Assembly (NCBI GenBank): GCA_965218795.1
Contig: OZ244653.1
Coordinates: 3,040,001-3,104,000, forward strand
Length of the DNA: 64,000 nt
Reading direction: 5' to 3'
Source: a bacterium
Lineage (GTDB): Bacteria > UBA8248 > JACPRG01 > G963555815
The notes under the pieces were generated by a model. That model was not told where the DNA came from. It did not search any database and was given only the letters and a program-made list of their open reading frames with translations. The position numbers and the translations under genes were made by a program. This document shows positions 19,265 to 29,845 of the stretch, one piece after another; within the stretch, counting starts at the first letter, position 1; each line of letters begins with the position of its first letter.

Positions 19265-21613
19265 GTGGCAAAAACCGAAACGAACGGCCTCTCCATCGTC
19301 GGGAGGACTCCCGTACGGCTGGACGGGGTTGAAAAGGTCAGGGGCCTTTCCCCGTACTCGATCAACACCAAAGTTCAAGGGATGCTTCACGCCAAGGTAC
19401 TGAGGAGCCGGCTGCCTCACGCGAAGTTGCTCAGGGTGGATGCCTCCAGGGCGGAGAAGCTCCCCGGCGTGGCCGCCGTGGTGACTCGCGACGATGTCGT
19501 CGGACGCCAAGACCTCGACCCGTATTACGGCGTCGCGCTGCTTGACCAATCGATCGTGGCCATCGACAAGGTGCGGTTTGTGGGAGACATGGTGGCCGGT
19601 GTGGCTGCGGTCGATGCCGAGATCGCTGAAGAAGCGCTGGACCTGATCGACGTGGAGTACGAGGAGCTGCCCGTCGCCATGGACGCCCGCGAGGCCGCGG
19701 CGCCGGACGCCCCCTTGATTCACGAAGAGTTCCGGATGCCGAAGCGGTCGTACGGCGATCTGTCCACCATGAACAGCATTCCCGATTCGAACGTTCCCTA
19801 TCACTTCAAGCTGCGCCGCGGAGACGTGGAACAAGGCTTTCAGGAGTCGGACGAAATCTTCGAGGACGATTACTTCTGTCCGACGACCCAGCACATGGCC
19901 ATGGAGCCGCACGTCTGCATCGCGCAATGGGACCACAACGGCAAGCTCACCCTGTGGGACGGCACGCAGAACCCGTTCACGGTGCGCTCGGTGATGGCGA
20001 ACCTGTTTCAGGTCCCGGTGACGAAAATCCGGATTATCGTGCCGCATCTCGGATCGGGGTACGGAAGCAAGACCTATCCCAAGCTGGAACCTATTCTCGC
20101 CCTGCTGGCTCGGAAGACGGGCGGCCGCGCCGTGCGGCTGGAGCTGACCCGGGAAGAGGTGTTCTACACGGTCACGAAGAACGGCGCCTGGGTGAACATC
20201 CGGACCGGCATGAAGAAGGACGGCACCCTCCACGCGCGCAAGGTCAACATCCACTGGGACATCGGAGCGTATTGCGATATCTCGCCGCGCGTTGTGAAAA
20301 ACGGCGGTTATGTTTCCGCGGGCCCGTACCAGACCCCCCACATTTATGTAGATTCCTATTGCGTCTATACGAACAAACCTCCGGGCGGGGCGTTTCGAGG
20401 CTTCGGGGTTCCCAAGGTGGCGTGGGCCTTTGAGTCGCAGATGGATGACATCGCCCAGGCCCTCGGCATCGACCCGCTCGAGATCCGGATGAAGAACGTC
20501 GTTGGAGAGGGGACGATTTTCGCGACCGGCTCCAAGCTCCATAGCGTCGGGTTCAAGCCCGTCCTCGAGAAGACCGCCGAGGCCATCGGCTGGGGAAAGC
20601 CCAGCGAGCCCGCTCCTCCCGGGAAGGCCCGCGGAAAAGGAATGGCCTGCATCATCAAGAGCACGCTGACCCCATCGACGTCATCCGCGTTCGTCAAGGT
20701 CAATGAGGACGGCACGGTCTCGCTCCTGTCCAGCACGATTGAAATGGGGCAGGGGGCGGACACTCTGCTTTCCCAGATCCTGGCCGAAGAGATGGGGGTT
20801 CCGCTGTCGACGGTTTCCCGCGCCCAGCCCGATACGGACGTGACCCCCTATGACCTGACCACGAGTTCCAGCCGATCGACCTTCCACATGGGCCGTGCGG
20901 TCCGGCTGGCGGCCATCGACGCGCGCAACCAGATCCTGGACCTGGCGGCTGAAATGCTGGAGGTCAGCCCGGAGGACCTGACGCTCTCCGAGGGAAGAAT
21001 CTCGGTGCGCGGAAATCCGGACCGCGGTCTGGAGCTGGAAGAATTCGTGCAGGGTTACTTCAAGACGAAAGGCGGAAACATTCTCGGCCGGGGCGTGATC
21101 AAGACCGAGGGGGGCAAGCTGGACGCCGAGACGGGACAGGCCGAGATTACGACGGCGTTCTGGTTCGTCGGCGCCTGCGGCGCGGAGGTCGAGGTCGATA
21201 CCGAGACCGGAGATGTCCGCGTCCTGGACTTCGTCAGCGTGGTGGATTGCGGAAAGGCGATTCATCCGGAGCTCTGCCTGGGCCAGATCGGCGGCGCGGC
21301 CGCGCAGGGAATCGGTCAGACCTTTTACGAAGAGCTCCGCTTCGACAACGGGCAGCCGACCAATCCGAACTTGCTGGATTATTCGCTGCCGTCCTTCATG
21401 GAAACGCCCGATCGCTTCACGTCGCACTACATCGAGAACCCTCATCAGGAGGGGCCGTTCGGAGCGAAAGGAGTAGGGGAATCGTCCATCGGAGCGACGG
21501 CGCCCGCCATCGCCAACGCCATCTTTCACGCCGTCGGCGTTCGGCCCAAGGTACTCCCGATGACGTCGGAATCCATCCTGGCCTTGATCCACGAACAACA
21601 GGAGCAGGAATGA
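19265..21613 (+). CDS. Xanthine dehydrogenase family molybdopterin-binding (large) subunit
   Basis: QHMAMEPH, GSGYGSK, GAFRGFG, EMGQG, GPFGAKGVGE. Confidence 0.93.
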   Translation: MAKTETNGLSIVGRTPVRLDGVEKVRGLSPYSINTKVQGMLHAKVLRSRLPHAKLLRVDASRAEKLPGVAAVVTRDDVVGRQDLDPYYGVALLDQSIVAIDKVRFVGDMVAGVAAVDAEIAEEALDLIDVEYEELPVAMDAREAAAPDAPLIHEEFRMPKRSYGDLSTMNSIPDSNVPYHFKLRRGDVEQGFQESDEIFEDDYFCPTTQHMAMEPHVCIAQWDHNGKLTLWDGTQNPFTVRSVMANLFQVPVTKIRIIVPHLGSGYGSKTYPKLEPILALLARKTGGRAVRLELTREEVFYTVTKNGAWVNIRTGMKKDGTLHARKVNIHWDIGAYCDISPRVVKNGGYVSAGPYQTPHIYVDSYCVYTNKPPGGAFRGFGVPKVAWAFESQMDDIAQALGIDPLEIRMKNVVGEGTIFATGSKLHSVGFKPVLEKTAEAIGWGKPSEPAPPGKARGKGMACIIKSTLTPSTSSAFVKVNEDGTVSLLSSTIEMGQGADTLLSQILAEEMGVPLSTVSRAQPDTDVTPYDLTTSSSRSTFHMGRAVRLAAIDARNQILDLAAEMLEVSPEDLTLSEGRISVRGNPDRGLELEEFVQGYFKTKGGNILGRGVIKTEGGKLDAETGQAEITTAFWFVGACGAEVEVDTETGDVRVLDFVSVVDCGKAIHPELCLGQIGGAAAQGIGQTFYEELRFDNGQPTNPNLLDYSLPSFMETPDRFTSHYIENPHQEGPFGAKGVGESSIGATAPAIANAIFHAVGVRPKVLPMTSESILALIHEQQEQE

Positions 21614-22083
21614 TCATGAGCGGCCGGCCCTTGACACTTTCCGTCAATGGGAAGACGCACGAAATCACGGTTCCCGCCCACAAGTTGCTGCTTGATGCTT
21701 TACGGGAAGACCTGGGATTGGTGGCCACGAAGGAAACCTGCAGCCTCGGCGCCTGCGGGGCCTGTACGGTCCTTCTCGACGGCGAGCCCATCGCCTCGTG
21801 TATCACACTGGCCCGGTATGCCGAAGGCCGCGAGGTCATCACGCTCGAGGGAATCGAGAAGAACGGGGAGCTGCATCCGCTCCAAAAATCGTTTCTCGCG
21901 CATAACGCCTTCCAATGCGCATTCTGCACGCCCGGGATGATCATGATGGCCTGCGGCTTGCTCAAGGACAACCCCAAGCCCAGCGAGGCGGAGATCCGGG
22001 AGTATATGGCGGGGAACATCTGCCGCTGCACGACGTATCACGAGATCATCCGTGCCATTCAGGACGCCCACAACTTCACCTGA
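21610..22083 (+). CDS. Molybdenum hydroxylase 2Fe-2S (small) subunit
   Basis: CSLGACGACTV, QCAFCTPG, NICRCT. Confidence 0.93.
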   Translation: MIMSGRPLTLSVNGKTHEITVPAHKLLLDALREDLGLVATKETCSLGACGACTVLLDGEPIASCITLARYAEGREVITLEGIEKNGELHPLQKSFLAHNAFQCAFCTPGMIMMACGLLKDNPKPSEAEIREYMAGNICRCTTYHEIIRAIQDAHNFT

Positions 22084-22094
22084 GAAAAAGGCGC

Positions 22095-23531
22095 ATGACG
22101 AATCAACGGGAAGTCGAAACGCTCATCAAGAACGCCCGCGTCGTCACCCCGACGGGCACCCTGCGAAACGCCGGCGTCGCCATCGAAAAGGGAAGGATCG
22201 TAGCGGTCGGTGAGGCGGAGCGTCTGCCCGAAGGGAAAAAGACGATCGACGGGGCGGGGCATTATCTCCTGCCGGGGGTCATCGACCCGCATACCCACCC
22301 GGGCCCCTATCGGCCCTTCGAGGATGACGTGGAGTCGGAGACCCGCAGCGCGGCCGCGGGCGGAGTGACGACGATGGTCGGCATCGTCAAAAGCACCCGA
22401 TTGGGCCAGCCCTACAAGGAGTTCGCCGAGCCGGAGGACGTGGTCTCCTACGCCGAGCTGTTCCCGCGCGCCCGGGACATCATCAACGACCGTGCGTTCG
22501 TGGACATGGCCTTGACGTTCGCTGTCGTCTCGGACCAGCACGCCAGGGAGATCCCGGTGTACGCCGAAGAGTGCGGGGTGACCTCCTTCAAATTCTATCT
22601 GGGTTATGCCATCGCGACGAAGTGGTCGTCGCGCATCGGTCTCCCCACCTCCTGGGACGACGGGACCCTGTTTTTGGGGATGGAGCAGGTGGCGCGGATC
22701 GGCGGCGTTGCCCCTTTCCACGCGGAGAACCGGCAGGTCGTTCGCGTGCTCCAAGAGCGGGTCAAGGCGGCGGGAAAGAAAAACCTTGCGGCCTGGGAGG
22801 AGGCGTCCCCCGATTTTCTGGAGGCCGTGGACGTCCTCAAGGTGGGATTCTTCTCCCAGCTCCTCGGCTGCCATACCTACGCGGTGCATTTGAATTCAGG
22901 CATGGGGCTCGACGCCGTCCGGAAGGTGAGGGCCGAGGGAGCCATGATGACCGCGGAGGTCTGCACCCAGTACCTGACCTTGACCAGGGACGATTGGCCG
23001 TTCCCCGGCTCCATGGCCGTCAACCACCCGCCCATTCGGGACAAGGCCAATCAGGACAGGCTCTGGGAAGGACTGGCGAACGGCGATATCCAGTGTGTGG
23101 GCACCGACCACGTTCCCGGTTTCCGGGACGAGATCGTCAATGAGGAAGACGTCTGGCAGTCGGCCTCGGGCATGACGGGAAGCGCGACGCTGTTGCCGCT
23201 GCTCCTGAGTGAAGGCGTGAACGGGGGACGCATCACCATCGAGCAGGTTGCTCGGGTGACCTCTGAGAACACCGCGAAGGCCATCCACCTCTACCCCCGC
23301 AAGGGGGTGATTCAGGTGGGCTCCGACGCCGATCTCGTCCTGGTGGATCTGAATGAAAAACGGACGGTCCGGGGAAAGGACCTCCACACCGCGTCTGACT
23401 TTTGCGTATTCGAGGGCCGGGAACTGACCGGCTGGCCGGTGATGACCATGGTGCGGGGGAATGTCGTTATGGAGAAAGGAAAGCTCGTCGGCGAGCCGAC
23501 GGGGCAATACCTCCACCGGAAATTGGCCTAA
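22095..23531 (+). CDS. Cyclic amidohydrolase (dihydropyrimidinase/allantoinase/dihydroorotase family)
   Basis: PGVIDPHTH, SAAAGGVTT, TSFK, HAEN, VH, GTDH, KGVIQVGSDAD. Confidence 0.88.
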   Translation: MTNQREVETLIKNARVVTPTGTLRNAGVAIEKGRIVAVGEAERLPEGKKTIDGAGHYLLPGVIDPHTHPGPYRPFEDDVESETRSAAAGGVTTMVGIVKSTRLGQPYKEFAEPEDVVSYAELFPRARDIINDRAFVDMALTFAVVSDQHAREIPVYAEECGVTSFKFYLGYAIATKWSSRIGLPTSWDDGTLFLGMEQVARIGGVAPFHAENRQVVRVLQERVKAAGKKNLAAWEEASPDFLEAVDVLKVGFFSQLLGCHTYAVHLNSGMGLDAVRKVRAEGAMMTAEVCTQYLTLTRDDWPFPGSMAVNHPPIRDKANQDRLWEGLANGDIQCVGTDHVPGFRDEIVNEEDVWQSASGMTGSATLLPLLLSEGVNGGRITIEQVARVTSENTAKAIHLYPRKGVIQVGSDADLVLVDLNEKRTVRGKDLHTASDFCVFEGRELTGWPVMTMVRGNVVMEKGKLVGEPTGQYLHRKLA

Positions 23532-24403
23532 GGGCCGTATTGTTCCTCCCAACCCTCGATCCTATCCAAACCCGTCACCCGGTTTCTTTCCTGCATCGTG
23601 ATCAGCAAATCCAAGTGACCCGCCGTCGTCCCTTCCTGCCGCAGGGCATCGAGAATCGTCTGAATCCCCTTCACGCCCGCCCGTAAGACACAATTGGCGA
23701 ATAGCGCTATTTTGAAGCCCATGGCGACGAGTTCATCCCCGTCGAGGAGCGGGGACTTGCCGCCCTCGACCATGTTGGCAAGCTGAGGAACCGGAACCTC
23801 CTTCGGGATACGGGCCATCTCTTCTTTCGTCAGCGGGGCCTCGACAAACGTCATGTCCGCCCCCGCCTCGGCATATGCCCGCGCCCTCTCGATGGCCGCG
23901 TCGAGACCCTCCGTCTCCCGCGCGTCCGTGCGGGCGATGATGACGAGCGCCTCGTCGGCCCGCGCGTCCAGCGCCGCCCGGACCTTTCCCGCCATCTCCT
24001 CCAGCGGGATCACGGCTTTGCCGTCGAAATGTCCGCACTGCTTTGGAAAGACCTGATCCTCCAGTTGAATCCCCCCTACGCCGAGCCGGCCGATCTCCCG
24101 GACGGTCCGGATGACGCTGGCGGGCCCCCCGTAGCCGGTGTCCGCGTCCACAATGACCGGCACGTCCACGGCCTCGACGATTCGTCCGACCTGCTGGGCG
24201 ACTTCCGCAAAGCTGAGCAGCCCCTTGTCGGCCAGACCCAGCTGGGTGTTGGACATCCCCGCGCCCGTCGCGTAGACGACGGGAAACCCGGCGTCCTCGA
24301 TGAGCCGGGCCGTCAGGGCATCGTATGCGCCCGGGACGGTGATGATCCCCGTCCCGGCCAGCAACCTGCGGATTTGCGTTCCGGGATGCTCTTTCAATGC
24401 CAT
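23528..24403 (-). CDS. Isocitrate lyase/PEP mutase family lyase (PrpB or 2,3-dimethylmalate lyase-like)
   Basis: PGAYDALTA, DADTGYG, EDQVFPKQCGH, IARTDA, ANMVEGGK. Confidence 0.88.
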   Translation of the reverse strand: MALKEHPGTQIRRLLAGTGIITVPGAYDALTARLIEDAGFPVVYATGAGMSNTQLGLADKGLLSFAEVAQQVGRIVEAVDVPVIVDADTGYGGPASVIRTVREIGRLGVGGIQLEDQVFPKQCGHFDGKAVIPLEEMAGKVRAALDARADEALVIIARTDARETEGLDAAIERARAYAEAGADMTFVEAPLTKEEMARIPKEVPVPQLANMVEGGKSPLLDGDELVAMGFKIALFANCVLRAGVKGIQTILDALRQEGTTAGHLDLLITMQERNRVTGLDRIEGWEEQYGP

Positions 24404-24515
24404 GATTCCTGGTTTCCGCCTGGTACGTTTTGCAAGTTCAATGTCCGCGCTCGATTTTTCTCTGTTCCGCGTTGAAGACTGACACCGCAAGCAGGTCGAG
24501 CACTGCTCGGCCGGA

Positions 24516-24565
24516 AAAAGTTTTTTGGAGGGCTAGGGAGGCGGCCTTTCAAAAAAATCCCCCTC
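24516..24565. repeat. Copy of a dispersed repeat family also present at 56876-57070
   Basis: AAAAGTTTTTTGGAGGGCTAGGGAGGCGGCCTTTCAAAAAAATCCCCC resembles the reverse complement of 56876-56930. Confidence 0.5.
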
Positions 24566-25708
24566 ATCATTTTCTGCAATTCCTGATTCTCCTGAGAGGA
24601 GTTTCGCAGGCACCAGAACAAACCCTTCCATCAGCCGTCTCGCGGTTCGGACGGTCTTGACCCACGAGATCTTCGGTCCGGCGTCGCCTTCTTCGACCAC
24701 CTCGACCTGCAGGGTCATTTGGCCGGACGGATGTTGAAACGTCACGTCCGGAGCGCTTGACTCTCGGGCGACGGAATGAACCACTGTGCCCTCGATCTTC
24801 GCCGCCGCGGTCGTGGCGATGGCCCCGGTCAGGGCAAAGGCCTTGTGGGTTTTCCCCATCGAGAGTATCGCGGCTTTAAACTGGATATCCTCGTCGCTTG
24901 CGAGAGGGAATACCATGCCCGCCTTTGGGATGGCCGGAGATCTGGACGCCGCCTCCGCCGCCCCGGTGACCAAGCCGCAGGCTTGGGCCGCCCATCCCCG
25001 GATCGCTTCGAGCCGTGTCAGGACATCCTCATTGGCATCCACCTCGGCGGGGGATTCGTCACCCGTCAGTCCCACGTCTTCGCCGCGCACGAATACGGTA
25101 GGATTTCCCGCATCCACGAGAGAGACTTCGACGTGCCGGCCGTCATCGAGCGTTACGCCATCGAGCCGATTCCCGGTTGGAAGGAGCGCCTTCGTTACGG
25201 AACCCCCGGGCTCATCGAAGCGCACGTAGATCGGGGCCCCTGATCCGCGGACTCCGGCAATCTCGCAGTCTCCTTCCACCATCGCGTTGCCGTCTTGCAC
25301 CGGGACCTCGGCAACAATCATCTTCCCGGTATTGAGATTCAGGATCCTCACGGCCGTGACGGGCTCAACCGCCTCGATCATCCTCTCGTCGATGGCGAAT
25401 GGCCCCACCGCAGCCGACAGGTTTCCGCAATTCCCCTGGTAATCGACCAACGGTGAAGTCACGCTCACCTGGCCGAAAAGGTATCGGACCGGCTCGCCGG
25501 GCCCTTCGGGCGGGGCGATGATGGCCGCCTTGCTGGCGCTGGAGAATCCCGACCCCAACCCGTCCACCTGCCGGGGGTCCGGGCTGCCCATAGCCCGCAG
25601 GAGGATGGCGTCCCGCAACTCCGGGTCCTCCGGGAGATCGGCATCCCGGAAGAATAGCCCCTTGCTCGTTCCGCCTCTCATGTAAACGCTTCGAATTCGA
25701 AGGGACAT
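24533..25708 (-). CDS. PrpF/AcnD-accessory family isomerase (2-methylaconitate or 3-methylitaconate isomerase-like)
   Basis: YMRGGTSKG, MGSPDPRQVDG, GNCGNL, VDAGNP, HPSG, RTARRLMEG. Confidence 0.9.
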   Translation of the reverse strand: MSLRIRSVYMRGGTSKGLFFRDADLPEDPELRDAILLRAMGSPDPRQVDGLGSGFSSASKAAIIAPPEGPGEPVRYLFGQVSVTSPLVDYQGNCGNLSAAVGPFAIDERMIEAVEPVTAVRILNLNTGKMIVAEVPVQDGNAMVEGDCEIAGVRGSGAPIYVRFDEPGGSVTKALLPTGNRLDGVTLDDGRHVEVSLVDAGNPTVFVRGEDVGLTGDESPAEVDANEDVLTRLEAIRGWAAQACGLVTGAAEAASRSPAIPKAGMVFPLASDEDIQFKAAILSMGKTHKAFALTGAIATTAAAKIEGTVVHSVARESSAPDVTFQHPSGQMTLQVEVVEEGDAGPKISWVKTVRTARRLMEGFVLVPAKLLSGESGIAENDEGDFFERPPP

Positions 25709-25839
25709 CTCGTTTTACCCAAGCGGTCTATTCAATGAGACCGAAATCGTGACTCGCTTATAAGGATGAGAGCATCTGAAGTTTGGTTCAAACTTGGGAG
25801 AGGCAATGAGGACCCCTGCCACGTCTTCCCGTTCATGGT

Positions 25840-26301
25840 TCAGCCGCGGTTTGCGAGCTCGTTATCGAGGGCTTTGAAGAACTGGCCCATCAGAAGCCTG
25901 GACACGCCGCCCAGCATCCGCTGGCCGACGCCGGCGATCACTCCGCCCACCTGTACATCCCCTTCTACATTCAGCACCGTCTGGTCTCCGTCGGGCTCCA
26001 GCCGGATCGCGGCGGACCCTCTCATGAATCCGGGGGCGCCGCTCCCTTCCACGATCATCCGGTAACTTTCCGGAGGCTGGACGGCTTCCATCATCACCGA
26101 GCCGAAAAACTCACCCTTCACCGGCGCCACACCCACATTGAGCTTCGCCTCGAACGCTCCGGGGGCGGTCTCCTCGAGATGCTGACAGCCCGGTATGATC
26201 TTCGTGAGAGCATCCGCATCCATGATGAGATCCCAGACCTTTTGTTGGGGCGCCTTGAGCTTGTGCTTGCCTTGAACTTTCAAGATGTTTTCTCCGTTCA
26301 T
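25840..26301 (-). CDS. CoxG/SRPBCC family protein
   Basis: VWDLIMD...IPGC, VGVAPVKG, VGGVIAGVGQRM. Confidence 0.85.
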   Translation of the reverse strand: MNGENILKVQGKHKLKAPQQKVWDLIMDADALTKIIPGCQHLEETAPGAFEAKLNVGVAPVKGEFFGSVMMEAVQPPESYRMIVEGSGAPGFMRGSAAIRLEPDGDQTVLNVEGDVQVGGVIAGVGQRMLGGVSRLLMGQFFKALDNELANRG

Positions 26302-26449
26302 ACGAAACCCGTCGGGGCTTCAAGGTCGTTCTCAGAGAGAACTCTAATCGAAATTCCATTCCCTCGACAACCGCCGTCTCTTGGGGTTCGATGGGATCCG
26401 GGGGAGGATGGCTTCGCTCGAATTGAATGGAGCGCGCGCCGGAGGAGTG

Positions 26450-28747
26450 TCAGCCGGCCCGCTTTTCCTGCAACGCGGACAAAATCTTTTCCGCAGTGAC
26501 GGGGAGGTCCTTGATGCGGACGCCCACGGCGTCGAAGACAGCGTTGGCGATGGCAGGGGCCGTCGGCACCAGGACGGATTCTCCCATTCCCTTCGCCCCG
26601 AAGGGTCCGGTCGGGTCGGGATTCTCGAGGGTCCGGTATTCAATGGGTGGAACGTCGAGGGTCGTCGGTATCTTGTAGTCCACCATGGTCCCGTTGGTCA
26701 GCGCGCCCTCCTCAAAGCGCAACTCTTCCGCCAGGGCGTATCCAATCCCCTGTGTGACGCCGCCCTCGATCTGTCCTTCGAGCCCTCCGCGGTTGATGAC
26801 TCGACCGACGTCGTGTGAGCAGACCAGTTGGAGGAGCTCGACTTCTCCCGTTTCCTCGTCCACTTCCACTTCCGCGATGTGCGCGACGTATCCATGGGCG
26901 GGGAACTCGTGCATCGGGGCTCCTTCCCAGTATTCGGGCACGGAGGGTGGCGTGGGGGGGGACCAGGACCCTTTCCCGATGATCGGCCCGTCTTGATGGA
27001 TGTTGGCGGCCCTGACAATCTCCGCAAAAGAGAGCCCCCTGTCCGGAGAGGATGAGATGAAGACCCGTTCGTCCTCAATTTGCAAATCTTCCTGCGGAGC
27101 CTCCAGCATGTCGGCCGCGCGGCGGAGGAGTTCATCCCGGGCATCCATGGCCGCCAGACGGACGGCGCCGCCCATCGTCAAGGTGGATCGGCTGGCGCCG
27201 GTGAACAGGTCGAATGGCGTAAGGTCCGTATCGCTCGCAACAATTCGCACTTTTTCATAGGGTACGCCCGTGACCTCCGCGGCAAGCTGGGCGGCGACCG
27301 TGTGCTGGCCCGCGCCGATTTCCACTGTCCCCGTCACGACCTGAAGGCTCCCGTCCGACATCCATTTGACGTTTGCGGAGGAGCTCCAGCCCCCCGTCGG
27401 ATGGGACGCCGCGGCGATCCCGATCCCTCGTTTTCGCCCGTTGGAACCGCTCTTCTTCCCCTTGCCCCATCCGAACGCCTCGACGGCCAGATCCAGCGTT
27501 TCGCGGAACCAAACATCGGGAAAACGGGCACCGTTGACCATCATGTCGTTGGGCCCGAGTCCGTTCAGGCGGCGAAGCTCAACCGGATCGATGTCGAGCG
27601 ATCGGGCAATGACGTCCATTTGGGATTCGGTGGCAAACGTCACCTGCGGGTTGCCGTAACCCCGGAACGCTCCGCTCATGTTCTTGTTCGTGTAGACGAC
27701 GCGCGCCTCGATATTGACATGGGGGGTCTTGTAAGGCCCGCGCGCCTTGAAGCCCCCGAAGGAAGCGACCGACGGGCCATGATCCGCGTAGGCCCCCGTA
27801 TCCATGACCATTTTGAAATCCCATGCGGTGAGCGTCCCGTCGCGTTTGACGCCCGACCTGATATCGATGATGGCCGGGTGGCGCTTGAACGTGACCGCGA
27901 AGTCCTCCTCGCGCCCGAGGATGACGCGAACGGGTTTGCGTGTCTTGAAGGCCAGAGCGGCCGCATAGAGGTCCGCCCGGGGTTTTTTCCCGCCGAAACC
28001 GCCTCCTACGGCCGAACTGATGACACGCACGCGCGTTCCCGGGATGTCCAGGAGATGGACGATCCATTCCTGAATCTTCGACACCCCCTGCGTGGTCGTC
28101 CAGACCGTCAGATCACCGGCCGCCCCGCAATCCGCCAGGGCGGCGTGGGTCTCCAGGTACGTCGGGTGGTGGGAATGCGTGGTGTATCGGTTCTCGATGA
28201 CCTCGTCGGCTTCGCGCAGGCCCGTCTCCACGTCTCCATAACGAAACCCCAGGCGGCAAACCTGGTTTCCTTGCCTCCCGACCACCTCGTAATACGATTT
28301 GTGCTCGGCAAAGTCCTCGTGGATGAGCGGGGCGTCGGGCTCGAGGGCTTCCAGGGGGTCGAAGATGGCCGGCAATTCCTCATACTCGACTTGGATGAGG
28401 TCCAGGGCCTCTTGGGCGGTGTCGTCGTCAACGGCGGCTACGGCCGCGATTTCGTCTCCGACGTACCGTACCTTTTCATCATGGAAGAGGGTCTGGTCCA
28501 GGATCCATTGGCCGTAGTGCGTCCGGGGAAGTCCGCCGGCCGTCAGGACGGTTTCGACTCCTTTGTGTTTGAGCGCCTTGGAGGTATCGATGTGGAGAAC
28601 CCGTGCGTGCGGGTAGGGGCTGCGAAGGATTCGCCCCTGAAGACATCCGGCCTTCCTCAGGTCGGCCGCGTATTGGGATGCCCCCGTGGCCTTGGGCACT
28701 CCGTCTATCCGCGGAACGCTTTTCCCGAGAACCCGGTGTGCGTTCAA
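26450..28747 (-). CDS. Xanthine dehydrogenase family molybdopterin-binding subunit (no own FAD/FeS genes)
   Basis: VGGGFGGK, GAFRGYGNPQ, EIGAGQ, GPFGAKGMGE. Confidence 0.93.
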   Translation of the reverse strand: MNAHRVLGKSVPRIDGVPKATGASQYAADLRKAGCLQGRILRSPYPHARVLHIDTSKALKHKGVETVLTAGGLPRTHYGQWILDQTLFHDEKVRYVGDEIAAVAAVDDDTAQEALDLIQVEYEELPAIFDPLEALEPDAPLIHEDFAEHKSYYEVVGRQGNQVCRLGFRYGDVETGLREADEVIENRYTTHSHHPTYLETHAALADCGAAGDLTVWTTTQGVSKIQEWIVHLLDIPGTRVRVISSAVGGGFGGKKPRADLYAAALAFKTRKPVRVILGREEDFAVTFKRHPAIIDIRSGVKRDGTLTAWDFKMVMDTGAYADHGPSVASFGGFKARGPYKTPHVNIEARVVYTNKNMSGAFRGYGNPQVTFATESQMDVIARSLDIDPVELRRLNGLGPNDMMVNGARFPDVWFRETLDLAVEAFGWGKGKKSGSNGRKRGIGIAAASHPTGGWSSSANVKWMSDGSLQVVTGTVEIGAGQHTVAAQLAAEVTGVPYEKVRIVASDTDLTPFDLFTGASRSTLTMGGAVRLAAMDARDELLRRAADMLEAPQEDLQIEDERVFISSSPDRGLSFAEIVRAANIHQDGPIIGKGSWSPPTPPSVPEYWEGAPMHEFPAHGYVAHIAEVEVDEETGEVELLQLVCSHDVGRVINRGGLEGQIEGGVTQGIGYALAEELRFEEGALTNGTMVDYKIPTTLDVPPIEYRTLENPDPTGPFGAKGMGESVLVPTAPAIANAVFDAVGVRIKDLPVTAEKILSALQEKRAG

Positions 28748-28981
28748 GATTCCGCCTTTTCAAAAGGAGAAGACCCTTTTTGTCGTGACCGCCGTTCTAG
28801 CGACAAAGATACAATTTCATTATTATATTATAAGTGTTGCAACCGTGTTCTGGAGTGAGACCTTCCGGAGCGAGTCGTCGAACGGTTCCTTTGCGCGGTT
28901 TTCGATGAGTCCGAATCCAGAGGGGAGTTCGGTACAAATCGCCGCGATGGATTTTGAGAGAAAAGAGAGGGTAGAGCGGAC

Positions 28982-29845
28982 ATGAAGCCAGCCGCATTTT
29001 CGTACGTATCACCGGAGACGGTTTCAGAGGTCATGGAGTTGTTGGGCCGTTACGGTGAGGATTGCAAGCTGCTGGCAGGGGGTCAGAGCCTGCTTCCGAT
29101 GCTGGGGATGCGCCTTCACCGTCCCTCGGTGGTGGTGGATCTGAACCGGGTGGCGGAGTTGTCGGGGATTGAGGAGGCGAACGGCACGGTGCGCATTGGA
29201 GCGATGACGCGGCACTCGTCGGTGGAGCATTCGCCGTTGGTCGCCTCGCAGGTGCCGTTGCTGTCCCAGGCGGTTCCTCAGATCGGCCATGCGGCGATTC
29301 GGAACCGAGGGACGCTGGGGGGGAGCGTGGTCCACAATCACCCGGCCTCCGAGTTGCCTGCGGTGGCAGCGGCGCTGGATGCGGAGTTGGTCGTTCGGGG
29401 TCCTTCGGGAGAGCGGACGCTGGGTCCGGGAGCGTTTTTCACCTCATATCTGTCCACCGCCCTGGGCGAGGATGAGTTGTTGACGTCGGTGCGTTTTCCG
29501 GTATTGGGGTCGGATTGGCGGACGTCGTTTTTGGAGTTTTCGCGTCGTGTGGGAGACTTTGCGCTGGTGGGGGCGGCGGTGGCGGTTCGGATGGAGGGGG
29601 GCGGTTGCGCGGAGGGCCGGATCGCGCTGACGGGCGTGGGGGGGATACCGACGCGTGCGCGTGGGGCGGAGGGCCTGTTGTCGGGGGCGGTGCTGGATGC
29701 GGAGTTGTTGTCAGGGGTGTCCGAGGCGGTGAAGGGAGAGGTGGAGCCGCTGTCGGACTTTCACGGTTCATCGGATTACCGTCGTCACTTGTGCGGGGTG
29801 TTGGTGGGTCGGGCGCTGGCGTCGGTGTCGGAGGGGGTCGGGTAG
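28982..29845 (+). CDS. CoxM-like FAD-binding subunit
   Basis: MKPAAFSY, LAGGQSL, IRNRGTLGGS, RRVGDFA. Confidence 0.92.
   Translation: MKPAAFSYVSPETVSEVMELLGRYGEDCKLLAGGQSLLPMLGMRLHRPSVVVDLNRVAELSGIEEANGTVRIGAMTRHSSVEHSPLVASQVPLLSQAVPQIGHAAIRNRGTLGGSVVHNHPASELPAVAAALDAELVVRGPSGERTLGPGAFFTSYLSTALGEDELLTSVRFPVLGSDWRTSFLEFSRRVGDFALVGAAVAVRMEGGGCAEGRIALTGVGGIPTRARGAEGLLSGAVLDAELLSGVSEAVKGEVEPLSDFHGSSDYRRHLCGVLVGRALASVSEGVG

Noticed and set aside
18385-22083. 4-hydroxybenzoyl-CoA reductase
   Set aside because: The FAD subunit lacks the Cys-rich 4Fe-4S insertion of HcrB
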